A DNA stretch of 64,000 bases from Paraspadella gotoi. Taxonomy: Eukaryota > Animalia > Chaetognatha. Of this stretch, positions 38,301 to 48,941 are shown piece by piece. Each line of letters starts with the position of its first letter. Positions within the stretch are counted from its first letter, which is position 1. The notes under the pieces were generated by a model that was not told where the DNA came from, searched no databases, and was given only the letters and a program-made list of their open reading frames with translations. Location of the stretch: assembly GCA_051294375.1 (NCBI GenBank), contig CM119263.1:29381134-29445133 (forward strand), given 5' to 3'. Position numbers and translations under genes: made by a program.

Positions 38301-41300
38301 ATTTAATTCAGTTTTAAAAAAAGTTCGGGCAATAACATCAGATTATCTCCCAATAATTTCACGACGCGAAACGACAAAGGATTGCATCTCGCGATTCATC
38401 GGTGCAAATGACATCACGTTTTCAAACCAAAAGCCCAAAACCAAAAACCCAAAACGACTCCCAACAACCTTGAGTAAAATGTTCCTCGGCGCGCCCCCCA
38501 GCGTCGTGATAAAGTAGTTGTCGACGAAAAGTTCGTTGGTGAATGAGTAGGCCTGAAAGGCGAAGATCTCGCCCTCGACCGGCATCCGTTGCGGCGGAGA
38601 ATCGAATCGAATCTCAAAGTGAAAATCATCGATCCAAAATTCAGTCGTGGGTCCGTTGACCCAGACGGATTGGGGTTTCCCGCCGATCACCGTCGATCGG
38701 GGGATCTCGCCGATGCGATAGACCAGCTTCTGATCGAACCAAACCTGAAAGATAAATAAATAAATAAGTTTTATTTAAATGATTAATTTAATAAATAAAC
38801 CGATGATTAAATTATCATCAACTCGCCTCCCGATTTTCAGTATCGATCCGGACGGCGATCCTCGTGTTACGAAATCTGATTCGTCGCGCCTCTTCGTTGG
38901 CGCGAACGTAAAAGGTTTGATTGTCGATAAACAACTCGTGTTGCATCGTACGTCCAACGCCCTCTCTGTAGAATAAAAAAAAAGGTAAATTTGTTATGAT
39001 ATATTTTTTACACTTAAGTTTATCCTCCTCACCTCCGACTCCCGCGCATCTGTTGGACGTTCCGCAACAGCATCCGATGCCGAGGATCCACGCCGTCCTT
39101 GAGTTGTTCCTCCAACATCTCCTTGACCAGAGGCGTTGATGGCGGACGATCGTGTCGACCACCTCCACCACCTCTGGCCGGCATGGAGAGACGAGGAAGG
39201 GCGTTGTGATGTCCTCCCTTGCCGATCGTCTTCAACGCGTCGGCGCGGAGATCGTTCTCTTCCTTGACGTCGCGATTCGGACTGGAGACGCTCGCGGTCG
39301 CGTTGGCGGCGGTGGGCTTCGATTCGCGAGTCTCCCAAAGGGGCGAATCCGCGCGTTTCGCTGTGTAGAGACGAAAGTTGGGAATTTATTATTTCTATTT
39401 AATATTTTGTTATTATTACTTTTTTTGTTTTTCTGAAAGAAAACAGAGCAAACAAATAATTGCGGGAATGGTTGCAAAAAGATCTCACGTTAATAATAAA
39501 CGTGAAACTTGAAAAATAAAAGTAAAAAAACTCACGAGCGCCTTCGCTGGGGCTGCGTCTCCCGTGACCGTAGTCGACGACTTGGGGCGCGACCTCCTGG
39601 CGCCGCCGACGAGGATCTCGCGGTTTTCGAAGATCTTGATCCTGAAGAATAAAGTGGACGGAATTAAAAAAAGACCACAGTGACAAAAGCCCCAGCACCA
39701 CTCTCCTTACCTTTAACCCTGTGGCCTTGTCGATGTCGACCAACTTGGCGACGACTTCCTTCAGCTGCTCCGCCGTCAACTTCCCCTGACGCAGCTGTTC
39801 CTCCACGGGACCCATAACCACTGCGTGTCGACCGCAAAACTCGGCAAAGTTGCCGAGAGAGGGCGGGATGAGGGGCTCGAGAGAGGAGGAAAAGGCGCTG
39901 TCAAAGAAAATTAGCGAGGTTTTAATCACGAGTTTTAGGTTTCTCTGTCGGTGAAGTAAGATAAGCAAAAAAAATTGTTACAGAAAAAGAACCATCGTTT
40001 AAAACACGTATTTTTGAAAATCAAATGGGAAACGAAATGGATTTCGTCTCTTAATTAAAAAGAAGCGAAAAGGAAGAAAAGAAGTATGAATAAAAATCTT
40101 AAAAGCATAAGGATCGTCGCAATCGCATAAGAAAAATCTGGATTGACGACAAATTTTTATACTAAAAAAAATCAAATTTAAGAAAAGAAAATTAATTTAT
40201 AAACAGAAAAAAAAATAAGAAAAGAATAAATATAAAGAAAGAATAGAAAGGAAAGAAAGGAAAGAAAGAATAGAAAGGAAAGAAAGAATAGAAAGGAAAG
40301 AAAGAATAGAAAGGAAAGAAAGAATAGAAAGGAAAGAAAGAATAGAAAGGAAAGAAAGAATAAAAAGGAAAGAAAGAATAAAAAGAATAAAAAGAAAAGA
40401 AAGAATATAAAGGAAAGAAAGAAAAATAAAAATAAAGAGAGTAACGAGAAGAAAGAACGAAATACAAACCCGATGTTGCGATAGCAAAATGACAATATGC
40501 ACAAATGCGAAGCCTAATTTTACGAGTTCAATCCTAATTTAATTTTTTTTTTTAAATAAAAACGCAGAGAGAGAGAGAGAGAAGCAAAATCGTTTTCGGA
40601 CGAATCAGCAGCGGCAGCAGCAGAGGCACCCAGAAAAAAAATCAAAAGGCAGTAGCAGAAGCAGCAGGAGAAAAGAAAGAAAAAGAATAAGCCCCTGCAG
40701 AGCCAGCTGCAGACTCGTTTTTTTCCCCTATGAATCAGTGACTATCCAGACTCAATTTTAAGCACATCGATGATGAGAAGCTGTATATAAATTTTCAGCT
40801 TTATACACCCAAATTTAATCATAAAAAAGGCGATCTATAATTTGGAACGCCGACGACGACGCCACTTATGCGCAAAAGCGTTACAATATCGTCGCAATCG
40901 CTTCGCGTTAAAAAGAGAAGGATGTTTCGAGACGAAATCGTTCAAAAAATTTTGAGCATAGAAGAAATACAATAAATGAGAACCGTAACGTATGGTTCCA
41001 GTCGGAAACGAACAACCTTGTTCATTTAAATAGAATTTAAAACAACCTAGCTATTTCAACCTGATGTTTCAAATTGAAGTCCGCGTCATTATTCACCTCA
41101 ATAACTCTCGCTTCGCCGAGGAGGCGGAAGGCACACCCGGCTTGGCAGATTTTTCCGCCGCCGACGAGGAGGGCGGCGTGAACTTTCGTAGGTCTTGATC
41201 CTCGGTTCCGAATAAATTCCTGGGATGACAAAAAAAAAATACACAATATACATCATTACAAAAAATACTAATAATTTTCACAAAACTGACGTCAGATCGT

Positions 41301-44300
41301 CTTCCTTGGCCTTTTTCTGGGGCGGCTCCTCCTTCTTCGCCACCTCCACGGACCGCTTGGCGCCGCTCTGTCGCCGCCCGGAACTGCCCGGCCGCTGATC
41401 TCGACCGGACAGGCCCGGCCCGCCTTCGACGGGAGAACGAGCCAGCGTCACTCTGGCTTCCTTCGGCGAACGCGACCGCGAGCCCGATCGTTTTGGCGAC
41501 GAAGATCTAGAACGTTTCTCGCGCGGGGACGAAGCGGAAGAGTCTCGATCGTCGCGGGGACGATCGCCGCGGGGACGATCGCCCTGACCTCGAAACTGAC
41601 GATCAGGATGAGAGTTTTGATCTTTTCGTTCGGGAGTCGATAAGGGAGACTTCTTCGGCGATGAAGACGACGACGACGACGACGACTTCTTCGAGGGTGA
41701 AGATTTCTTTATCTTCGCCTCCTTCGAGTCACGCCCACTCTTCGACGCCTGGACGCCGTTCTTGGAAGTCTTTGGCGCGGGCGTTGTCGTTGTCGTCGTC
41801 GCCGTCGTCGTCTCTTTCGCGTTCTCGTTCAAATCGAAGAGGGCGACTTTCCCTCCAAGTTTTTGTTTCTGTTTCTCCAAATCGGCGAGGATCTTTTCGT
41901 TGGTTCCTCTTTTGTCTTTCGTCGTCTTGGCGACCCGTTGCTTCTTGTTCGCGGGCGCTTTACCCTCGACGAAGGCGACGCGACGCCCGGCGACGTCCTC
42001 GTCGTCGGACACAGCCGGACTAAAGGACGCCTCGGACTCGAATGGCGCCAGAGCGGCGGCCTTGGAGGTCTCGTCGGCCCCGGGCGCGGCGTCCTTGTTG
42101 ACTAGATTGCTGGAGGATCGAGATTTAGCGGCGACGGGGGCGGCGACTCCGGCGGTCGGCGTCGAAGGCTGAACGCCGGCGGCGGCCACTTTCGTCTCGG
42201 AAGGAGATTTTTTGGGAATCTTCATGGCGGGAGGCTTGACGGCCTGAGGGAGGTTGGTCGGGATATCTGGAACCCCGGGAGGCGCGGGCTGACCGACCAC
42301 CAAATCGGCCGTCGGGCGCGAAGGGGCTTCGTTCTTCATTCCCGCTTTGGCGCGGATACGAGGATCGCGGAGATTGACGCCCGCCGGGAGGGAAGACTTG
42401 AGGGGATTTAGGAGTAAGTAGTAAGTCAAATATATATAAAAAAGATTAATCTAAATAATATATGTGGATAAGGCGCTGAAGATGACTATCCGCAACTTAT
42501 TTTACTCCCTTTAACAGCCATGGAACGGATCCTGGGCTTGGAACCAGGCCTCCAAGGCGGTTTACGGCCGTCCTCACGCTTCCCGCAGGGTAAGTACCGG
42601 GTTGGGATTGTACGCGGTACCTAGTGGTCATGAGCTGATGGCTTTACTCAATGAGCCACCGGGTCACGACTGAAGGTGTCATTGCTTATAGGCGGGGTGA
42701 ACTTAGGAACTATTTATGTAGTCGGGCATGCATAACTATTAACTAATGACTACTATTTCAAACACAACTCACCGATTCGGAAGAGTTGGCGTGCCGGTCA
42801 AGCGCCTTCCTTAACTCCTCCTCTTCCTTCGACGGGGTCTTGGAGGCGGCGGCGGCGGCGGCGACGGGGGAAGCGGCGGCGGAGGCGACGGGGGAGGCGC
42901 CGGACGAAGCCGGCGACTTGATCGCCTCCAATTTCGTCTTCATCGCCTCGAGGTCTTTCTGAAATTTGTTTTGGCACTGCTTGAGCTGCTTGGTGATCAG
43001 ACTGTGCCGAATCTGCGCCTCCACCTCATTGAGGTCCACATCGGAGGCGGGGGGCGCCGAGTTGGACTTCGGCGCCGCTTTGGCCGCCGCAGCCGCACCG
43101 CTCGAATGGTGCGGGAGTGAGGGCTTGGCGGCGGCGGAAGCGGGCTTTTACCGGGGAAAGAGAGAGTATAACGACTGTATCTTTGTCTTATCGGAACCCC
43201 TCCCCCAAATAATGAAAGAAAGTAACAAAAATTACTTGTTCATTGGTTTTATTTTGTCAGAAGGGATAATTAAAAAGCTTTCACAACAAACCGTAATCAC
43301 TAATCAGATATAATGATAAATTGATCATCTTATCTAAAAGATCAATCGAGTCACGTAAAAAAACTACCTATAAACATATACATAAGATTACATATACTAC
43401 CATTTACTACTCTATCATATCTCTAACATATCTTTAATACTCCTACTATATATACCACGTGGCCTTTGAGGAATTTCCGGTTGACGTGGATTGTGGCGCC
43501 GAGAGTGGGGGTGGGAGTGGAGGGCGGCGTCGTTGACCCAGGCGCCCTAGCGAGGAGCGGCCATGCTGGATCCATCGAGTTGCACCCCTTGTCGATGCTG
43601 TAGAGTTTCTTCTCAGGGATGATCGGGATCCAGGTGTTGCGAAGGCGGAACATGGCACTGCGAGTCGTCTCGTCCACCTGGGTCAATTTTTTAAAAAAAT
43701 TTTATGTTTGTATTTGTATGTCCACTATTAAACCCTTGCCGACCTTGTCGAAAACCGTGAGAAAGATAGTGGTGATATTTTGTAAAAATATTTCCTTATA
43801 ATTTCCTTTTTCAGGAACGTTTTTCATGATCGAATCCATGAGATAAAGGACGGGCAAAGTTTTTCCCGGCTCAACCTAATAATTAAACAAAACAAAAATC
43901 ACCGTCTTAATAATAATATTATTAATTCAAATTAGTGTTTCCACCAACCTACCCGCAAGAGACGATCTTCGATAACTTTGACGATGTCCTTAGAGAACTC
44001 GGCATTCTCCTCGGCCAACATCGTCAACACGTTAATGTGCGGCTTCGAGTTGAAGCTTAGATCCTCCAACTCTGACTGATAATCCGCGACGGCGGCTTCA
44101 CGCGCGCTCTTCTTTGTATCCATCGTCCCACGTGGAGTTTTGAGTCTCTTCGCCGAAGATCACCAATATGTCGACGGCGGCATGAGTTTCAAGGAGGATA
44201 AGGCGCGTGGGTAAGTGGCTCTTTTAAGGCCACATGATTCCTCGATCATCGATCGATCGATTGCAAAGAAAAGAGGCCAAAGAAAAAAAGATGCCAGAAA

Positions 44301-45539
44301 AATGTGCAGCGGCGCAGCGGGGAAAAAAACGATTCCGGGCTGGCCGACTAACCTCGCTTAGGTAAACAAAAGAAACGTTAATAATAATAACAATAAACAT
44401 GGTCAAGAAAACGTAACAAGAAAATCGAGGATCGGGATTGATTGAGAAAATATCATCAAGTTATTCATAATGATAATAAAGGGAAAGATTTTGGATAAAG
44501 AACAAGTTTGTTAAAAATACGTTTTAATCGCGCCCTAGTTAGTTTTATCATGCTGTAGATTCAAGCATCCCACTTCTAATAAAACATCAGACGAGAGCAA
44601 AGAACACTTTGGATAAAATAAAATGTTTTATTTAAAGACCGGTCTGCAATTTGTTTTGTTTGTTTTTCTTTTTTTTCGGCGATTGTAATATTTGAAGAGA
44701 CAGTTGTAGTATCCGGCGATCTCTCGATCTTCCTCCCTCCTATTCTCCTCTTCTTCTCTATCCTCTTCCTCTCTCGCCGATAGAGATTTTCGCATTCGTC
44801 GATATTCGATCCTTTTGTACGTTTGCCTTTTCCTCATGGAAAATATATTATGTGGTCTACGATATACTTCGTCCTCACTCAGCATAGAGGATAGAGAAGA
44901 AGAGGAAGAGGAGAATAGGAGAGAGGAAGATCGAGAGAGAGCGAGAGATCGCCGGATACTACACGTAACAGTAATTATTTATAATTATTCGCGGCTTCCC
45001 TCTCACCATACGGAGGATCAGAAATTACAAGGATCAACGTGAAAAATTATTCATATTGATCGAGAGTATAATGGCAAGCCTTGACTTTACCGAGATATAC
45101 CACCCTCCTCACGTGGCGTATCACAGCGCATTCTTTTATTGTCTCATTTGTATCGATAATTTATATAATTTATATTTATATCCCTTTTCTAATCACATAT
45201 GATTTGTAGCCTAAAGCATTGACTCTCTCAGATTGCGCAATTGCGCATGGTATCGAATTGAAAAGAAAAATCTAAAAATATCTTCGTACCATAAACCTCA
45301 TCGGCGGCAGCCTGCCACAAGGCCGCCCTCTGCCGGTCCACATCCTTGATGCCCGTCTGGCCCACTTGGCCCGCGAGTCCGGCCTCGAAGGCCCTGGCCA
45401 ATTCCTCGAGCCTCTCGTCGTCGGCGAAGGATAGATTCTGTCGGACGAAGAGCTTGGCCTCGTCGAGGGCGACCCGCCCCGCCGCCCGCGTCGGGACGAG
45501 CGTGTTGTCAAAGTCGAAGACCAACGCGCGTTCGGCCAT
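32380..45539 (-). CDS. NANP: N-acylneuraminate-9-phosphatase (HDHD4), HAD family; 12.2-kb intron 1 contains PCF11
   Basis: Exon 1 45290-45539 (FDFDNTL motif I) joins in phase 1 to exon 2 32883-33061 (LLTNGPSKVQWEK). Exon 3 32380-32710 has KPDP and VIGDDWTTDV. Junction LWQAAADEVYG|PGKITESQSVTIYNVWKERRL is collinear with human HWEEAIQETKGG..YFLWKSTRL. Confidence 0.88.
33761..33771 (-). terminator. Candidate PCF11 polyadenylation signals (overlapping AATAAA x2) inside NANP intron 1
   Basis: Plus-strand tttattttatt = two AATAAA on the - strand, ~415 nt after the PCF11 stop and ~700 nt before the NANP exon 2 acceptor. Confidence 0.4.
34185..44123 (-). CDS. PCF11: PCF11 cleavage/polyadenylation and Pol II termination factor
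   Basis: N-terminal CID (YQSELEDLSFNSKPHINVLTMLAEE; LYLMDSIMKNV; RSAMFRLRNTW; DPAWP). Zinc motifs QCSTCGVRF..HLDWHFRQ..SSRKWY..EWIQFEE and CEICGEAFEQFWDEDEEEWHLKDA..YHPVC. TGA at 34185-34187. Confidence 0.93.
40092..40915 (-). mobile_element. DINE-1/HINE-like element (PCF11 intron)
   Basis: Collinear with 28374-29466 including the 18-bp array; internal deletion and a partly degenerate right terminus. Confidence 0.7.
42505..42668 (-). mobile_element. Probable tRNA-derived SINE relic with LINE-like tail (PCF11 intron)
   Basis: Minus strand: A-box-like TGGCTCATTGAG, degenerate B-box GTACAATCC, tail GGAGGCC..CCATGGCTGT reminiscent of RTE 3' ends. Confidence 0.35.
44705..44963. repeat. Inverted repeat / MITE-like hairpin in NANP intron 1 upstream of PCF11
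   Basis: tgtagtatccggcgatctctcg... / ...cgagagatcgccggatactaca perfect 22-bp ends plus ~40 bp CT/GA arms; no clear TSD. Confidence 0.65.
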
Positions 45540-45773
45540 AATGATTATCGAGGGAATTTTAAATGTATTCAACTGTTTATTTACGGAACATCATCGCATG
45601 TAATGAGAAAAAAAAAACATTTTTGTTTCGTAGTATAAAACTATAATCATAATCGGTAGAGAGAAATAAAAACTAAATACTGAAAACGAGTTGCTTTATG
45701 AATAAAAGCAGAAGGAAATGAGGATCAGAATGCGAAATCTAAAATCTAAAACTCGAGATGATATTGAGGAAAC

Positions 45774-46409
45774 TCAAGGAATCTCTCCCGTGGCTTTCTT
45801 TCGATGGTGAACGAAAATCTTCTCCTTGAGCCATTCCTTGTCGAAAGGAAGGTAAACCATTCCCAAATTGGGAACATCCTGGGGAGGGGGAAATAGGATG
45901 GATTTTGAATAAAATTGTAAACAATTTTCAAAAATATCTTTATAAAAACATGAAACTCTCTCTTCTTTATTCACCAAGGAGCAATCTTTCGAAGTTAACA
46001 AATAACACTCGAAAGTGGACGACGCGTTCGAACCTGCAAGACGAAGACGTTGATGTCGCCGAGTCCGTCGATAAAGGACAAAAGGTCGCTCATATTGTAA
46101 TGGCTCGGGGACGAGCCAGATTTTTGGAGGTGTTCCTGCAGGAACGGGGAAGGTTTGTTCACCTATTTCTTTCAAAATGTAATAATAACATCGCAAGAAA
46201 TTTTTTTAAAAAATCTTAAAAGCATAAGGATCGTCGCAATCGCATAAGAAAAATCTGGATTGACGACAAATTTTGATACTAAAAAAAAGAAATTTGAAAA
46301 AAAAAAAATAATAAAGCACCGAGGAAAATTAAAGTTATAGTTTCTGGAAAAAAAATATTAACAAAAAATAAACTGATCAGCAGACGCAGCCCCGGAGAAA
46401 AAAAAAAAG

Positions 46410-46466
<57 letters not shown>

Positions 46467-47691
46467 AGCCAAATCGTTTTCGGACGAATCAGCAGCGGCA
46501 GCAGCAGAAGTACCCAGAAAAAGAGAAAGAAATCAAAAGGCAGAAGCAGCAGGAGAAAAGAAAGAAAACAAAAAGCCCCTGCAGAGCCAGCTGCAGACTC
46601 GTTTTTTTCCCTATGAATCAGTGACTCGTAGAGTGGAGCACTGGGGAACAAAAATTTTATTTGAATGATCAAACAAGGATATTTTAACGTGAGATAGTAT
46701 GATTAAGGAGTACAAAAAATATTTTTCTTATATTGTTTGGGGAACAGTATCATTAATTACAATATATTTATAGTAATATTCTTATAAAATCATAAATTTT
46801 CAAAATAATTTTTTAAAAATTTTAATTAAAGATTCTGATTCTTCATAAAAAGTTAGATCAAAAATATACCTTCATGTCTTCAGCGTCAAAAATGGAAAAA
46901 ACGGGTTAAATTCTCCACTTTTTATATTTTGTAGTAAAAACTATTATATGATGAAACATTTTGATCATTTTTCGCAGCTTTAACTTAAAAATATAATGTA
47001 ACATATTTTACAAAAAATCTTTTTTTTCCGGCGAATCCAAAACTATTTTTAAAATTAAGAAAATGTTTTTGAAATTTTATGATTTTATAAGGATATTACT
47101 ATAAAAAAAATTCAATTAATGATACTGTTATACAATTTTTTTTTGAAAAAAGGCTTATTTTATATTACATATACAAAGGTAACAAAAAAACATTGTTCCA
47201 TCGCTCAATCTTTTCATCACTCCACCCTAGTGACTAGGGAAAAGAGAGAGGGAGAGAGACATGTAATTAAAAGAGAAAAAAGAGAGAGAAAGAAATAAAA
47301 AAAAAGAAAATTTGTTTGTTTTGATAAAACGTAAACAAAACATTTAATAACTGTCCAGACTCAATTTTAATGACATCGATGATGAGAAGCTGTATAGAAA
47401 TTTTCAGCTTCATACACCCAAATTTAATCATAAAAAAGGCGATCTCTAATTTGGAACGCCGACGACAACAACGACGACGACAACGCCGACGACGCCACTT
47501 ATGCGCAAAAGCAAAAAATCGTTGCAAACGCTAAGCGATTGCGACGATAAAAAGATCAATTACTGTAGCAGCACCTCATAAATTTTGCCAACTCCCAAGA
47601 TGCAGTCATTGATGCTTTCAAAGTCCGTGTAACTCCTGGTGTCGGGCTTCTCCGTTTGAATCAGCAAAATGGTGTGGGTCACCCGACTCAT
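45774..47691 (-). CDS. ERH: Enhancer of rudimentary homolog, paralogue b (more divergent, ~107 aa)
   Basis: Exons 47575-47691, 46034-46135, 45774-45878: MSRVTHTILLIQTEKPDTRSYTDFESINDCILGVGKIYE|[29 protein letters not shown]|DVPNLGMVYLPFDKEWLKEKIFVHHRKKATGEIP*. Confidence 0.88.
46208..47554 (-). mobile_element. DINE-1/HINE-like element (ERH-b intron 1), carrying a nested hAT-type MITE
   Basis: Same termini and (GAC)n core as 28374-29466. Confidence 0.7.
46629..47229. mobile_element. Non-autonomous hAT-type DNA transposon (601 bp)
   Basis: TIR TAGAGTGGAG / CTCCACCCTA; 8-bp TSD gtgactcg (46621-46628) / gtgactag (47230-47237); internal inverted repeats; absent from the other HINE copies. Confidence 0.7.
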
Positions 47692-48115
47692 TTTGAACAA
47701 TGCTTTTTTAGACTAATAAATACAGTGCCTAAAAAGAAAAAAGCAATCAAAATCAGTATAACCAGTAAAAACAGGTTGACTGGCCGCGTAAATAATCAAG
47801 AGACGAGATTTGAGAATTGTTAAATCAAAGTGCTATCGATCAAATAAGAATCAATATCAAGTAACAGAGGCATGAGAAACAAAACCTAAGCCTGGCGAAG
47901 TCACACGTAAATTGCAATAAGAAAAAAATCAAAATGCGAAAACTCTGCTTTCAATTTAAGGGTCAAAAAGATGAATAAGGATAAAAAATATAAATATCTA
48001 AAGTGTAATACGAAGCTCATGCTGAAAAGCATGACAAAACGATGAAACAAACACAGAATCTCTGGTGAGTTCTCAAAATCGAAATTTGAAAAAAGAAAAA
48101 AGTCCCCAAAAGAGG

Positions 48116-48714
48116 TTAATCGGTGCGAAGGGACTCGGCCGAACCCTTTTCCTCGGCGCGCTTTCGAAGTAAAACGTAGATCTTCTCTTTGATCCATTCT
48201 TTGTCATAAGGGATGTAGCATCGATCGCGTTCCTTTAATAAATAATTTCCACGTACAAAAATATTTTATTACAGGAAATGAATTGATAAATTCATATTGC
48301 GCCATTATTTTACGGGGAGTTGAGGTTCATTCTTCTTCAAAGGAATGATAACTACACACGGGAGAATTTCTAAGCCCCGCCCTATATCACGTTCTAAAAT
48401 ATGGCGCGAACAAACGTCGAACCTTCAAAACGAAAACGTTGATGTCGCCTAGATCGTCGATGAATTTGAAAAGCTGAGAGGTGTCGTAGGTAACTTGGGG
48501 AATTCTCAGCGTTTTCGGATCGGGATTGCGAAGGTGTTCCTGCACAATAGAGAGAATATAAGTCTCCCCAATATTTTTATAAACTATCTCAGAAACGAAC
48601 CAGCACCTCGAACATATTGCAAACCCCTTCCATGCAGGCGTCCACGCTCGGAAAGTCAGCGTAACTTCTCGTTGGGGGCAGACCCGTCTGAACCAACAGA
48701 ATGGTGTGATTCAT
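48116..48714 (-). CDS. ERH: Enhancer of rudimentary homolog, paralogue a (~113 aa)
   Basis: Exons 48607-48714, 48423-48539, 48116-48232: [36 protein letters not shown]|[30 protein letters not shown]|[28 protein letters not shown]. Confidence 0.92.
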
Positions 48715-48941
48715 GATGAGTTTTTTTAATTTTTGGACAATAATCTTAGTGCCTAAACAAAAAAAAAAAACAACAAACAATTGAGTAATCCTTGATCATA
48801 AAGACATCGAAAATGAAAGAATGTCATCGCAACCGGACGCCGGTTATAAAACAACTAAATAAACATTAAACACTGAACAATAAATGGTGGAGCATTAAAG
48901 GGATTCGACCAATAAAACCGGGCGCGGGGGGGGGGAAGAGA

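Noticed and set aside
45228-45572. HAD ORF as an independent short gene or pseudogene
   Set aside because: Contains only HAD motif I and joins in phase to the exons at 32.4-33.1 kb that supply the remaining motifs.
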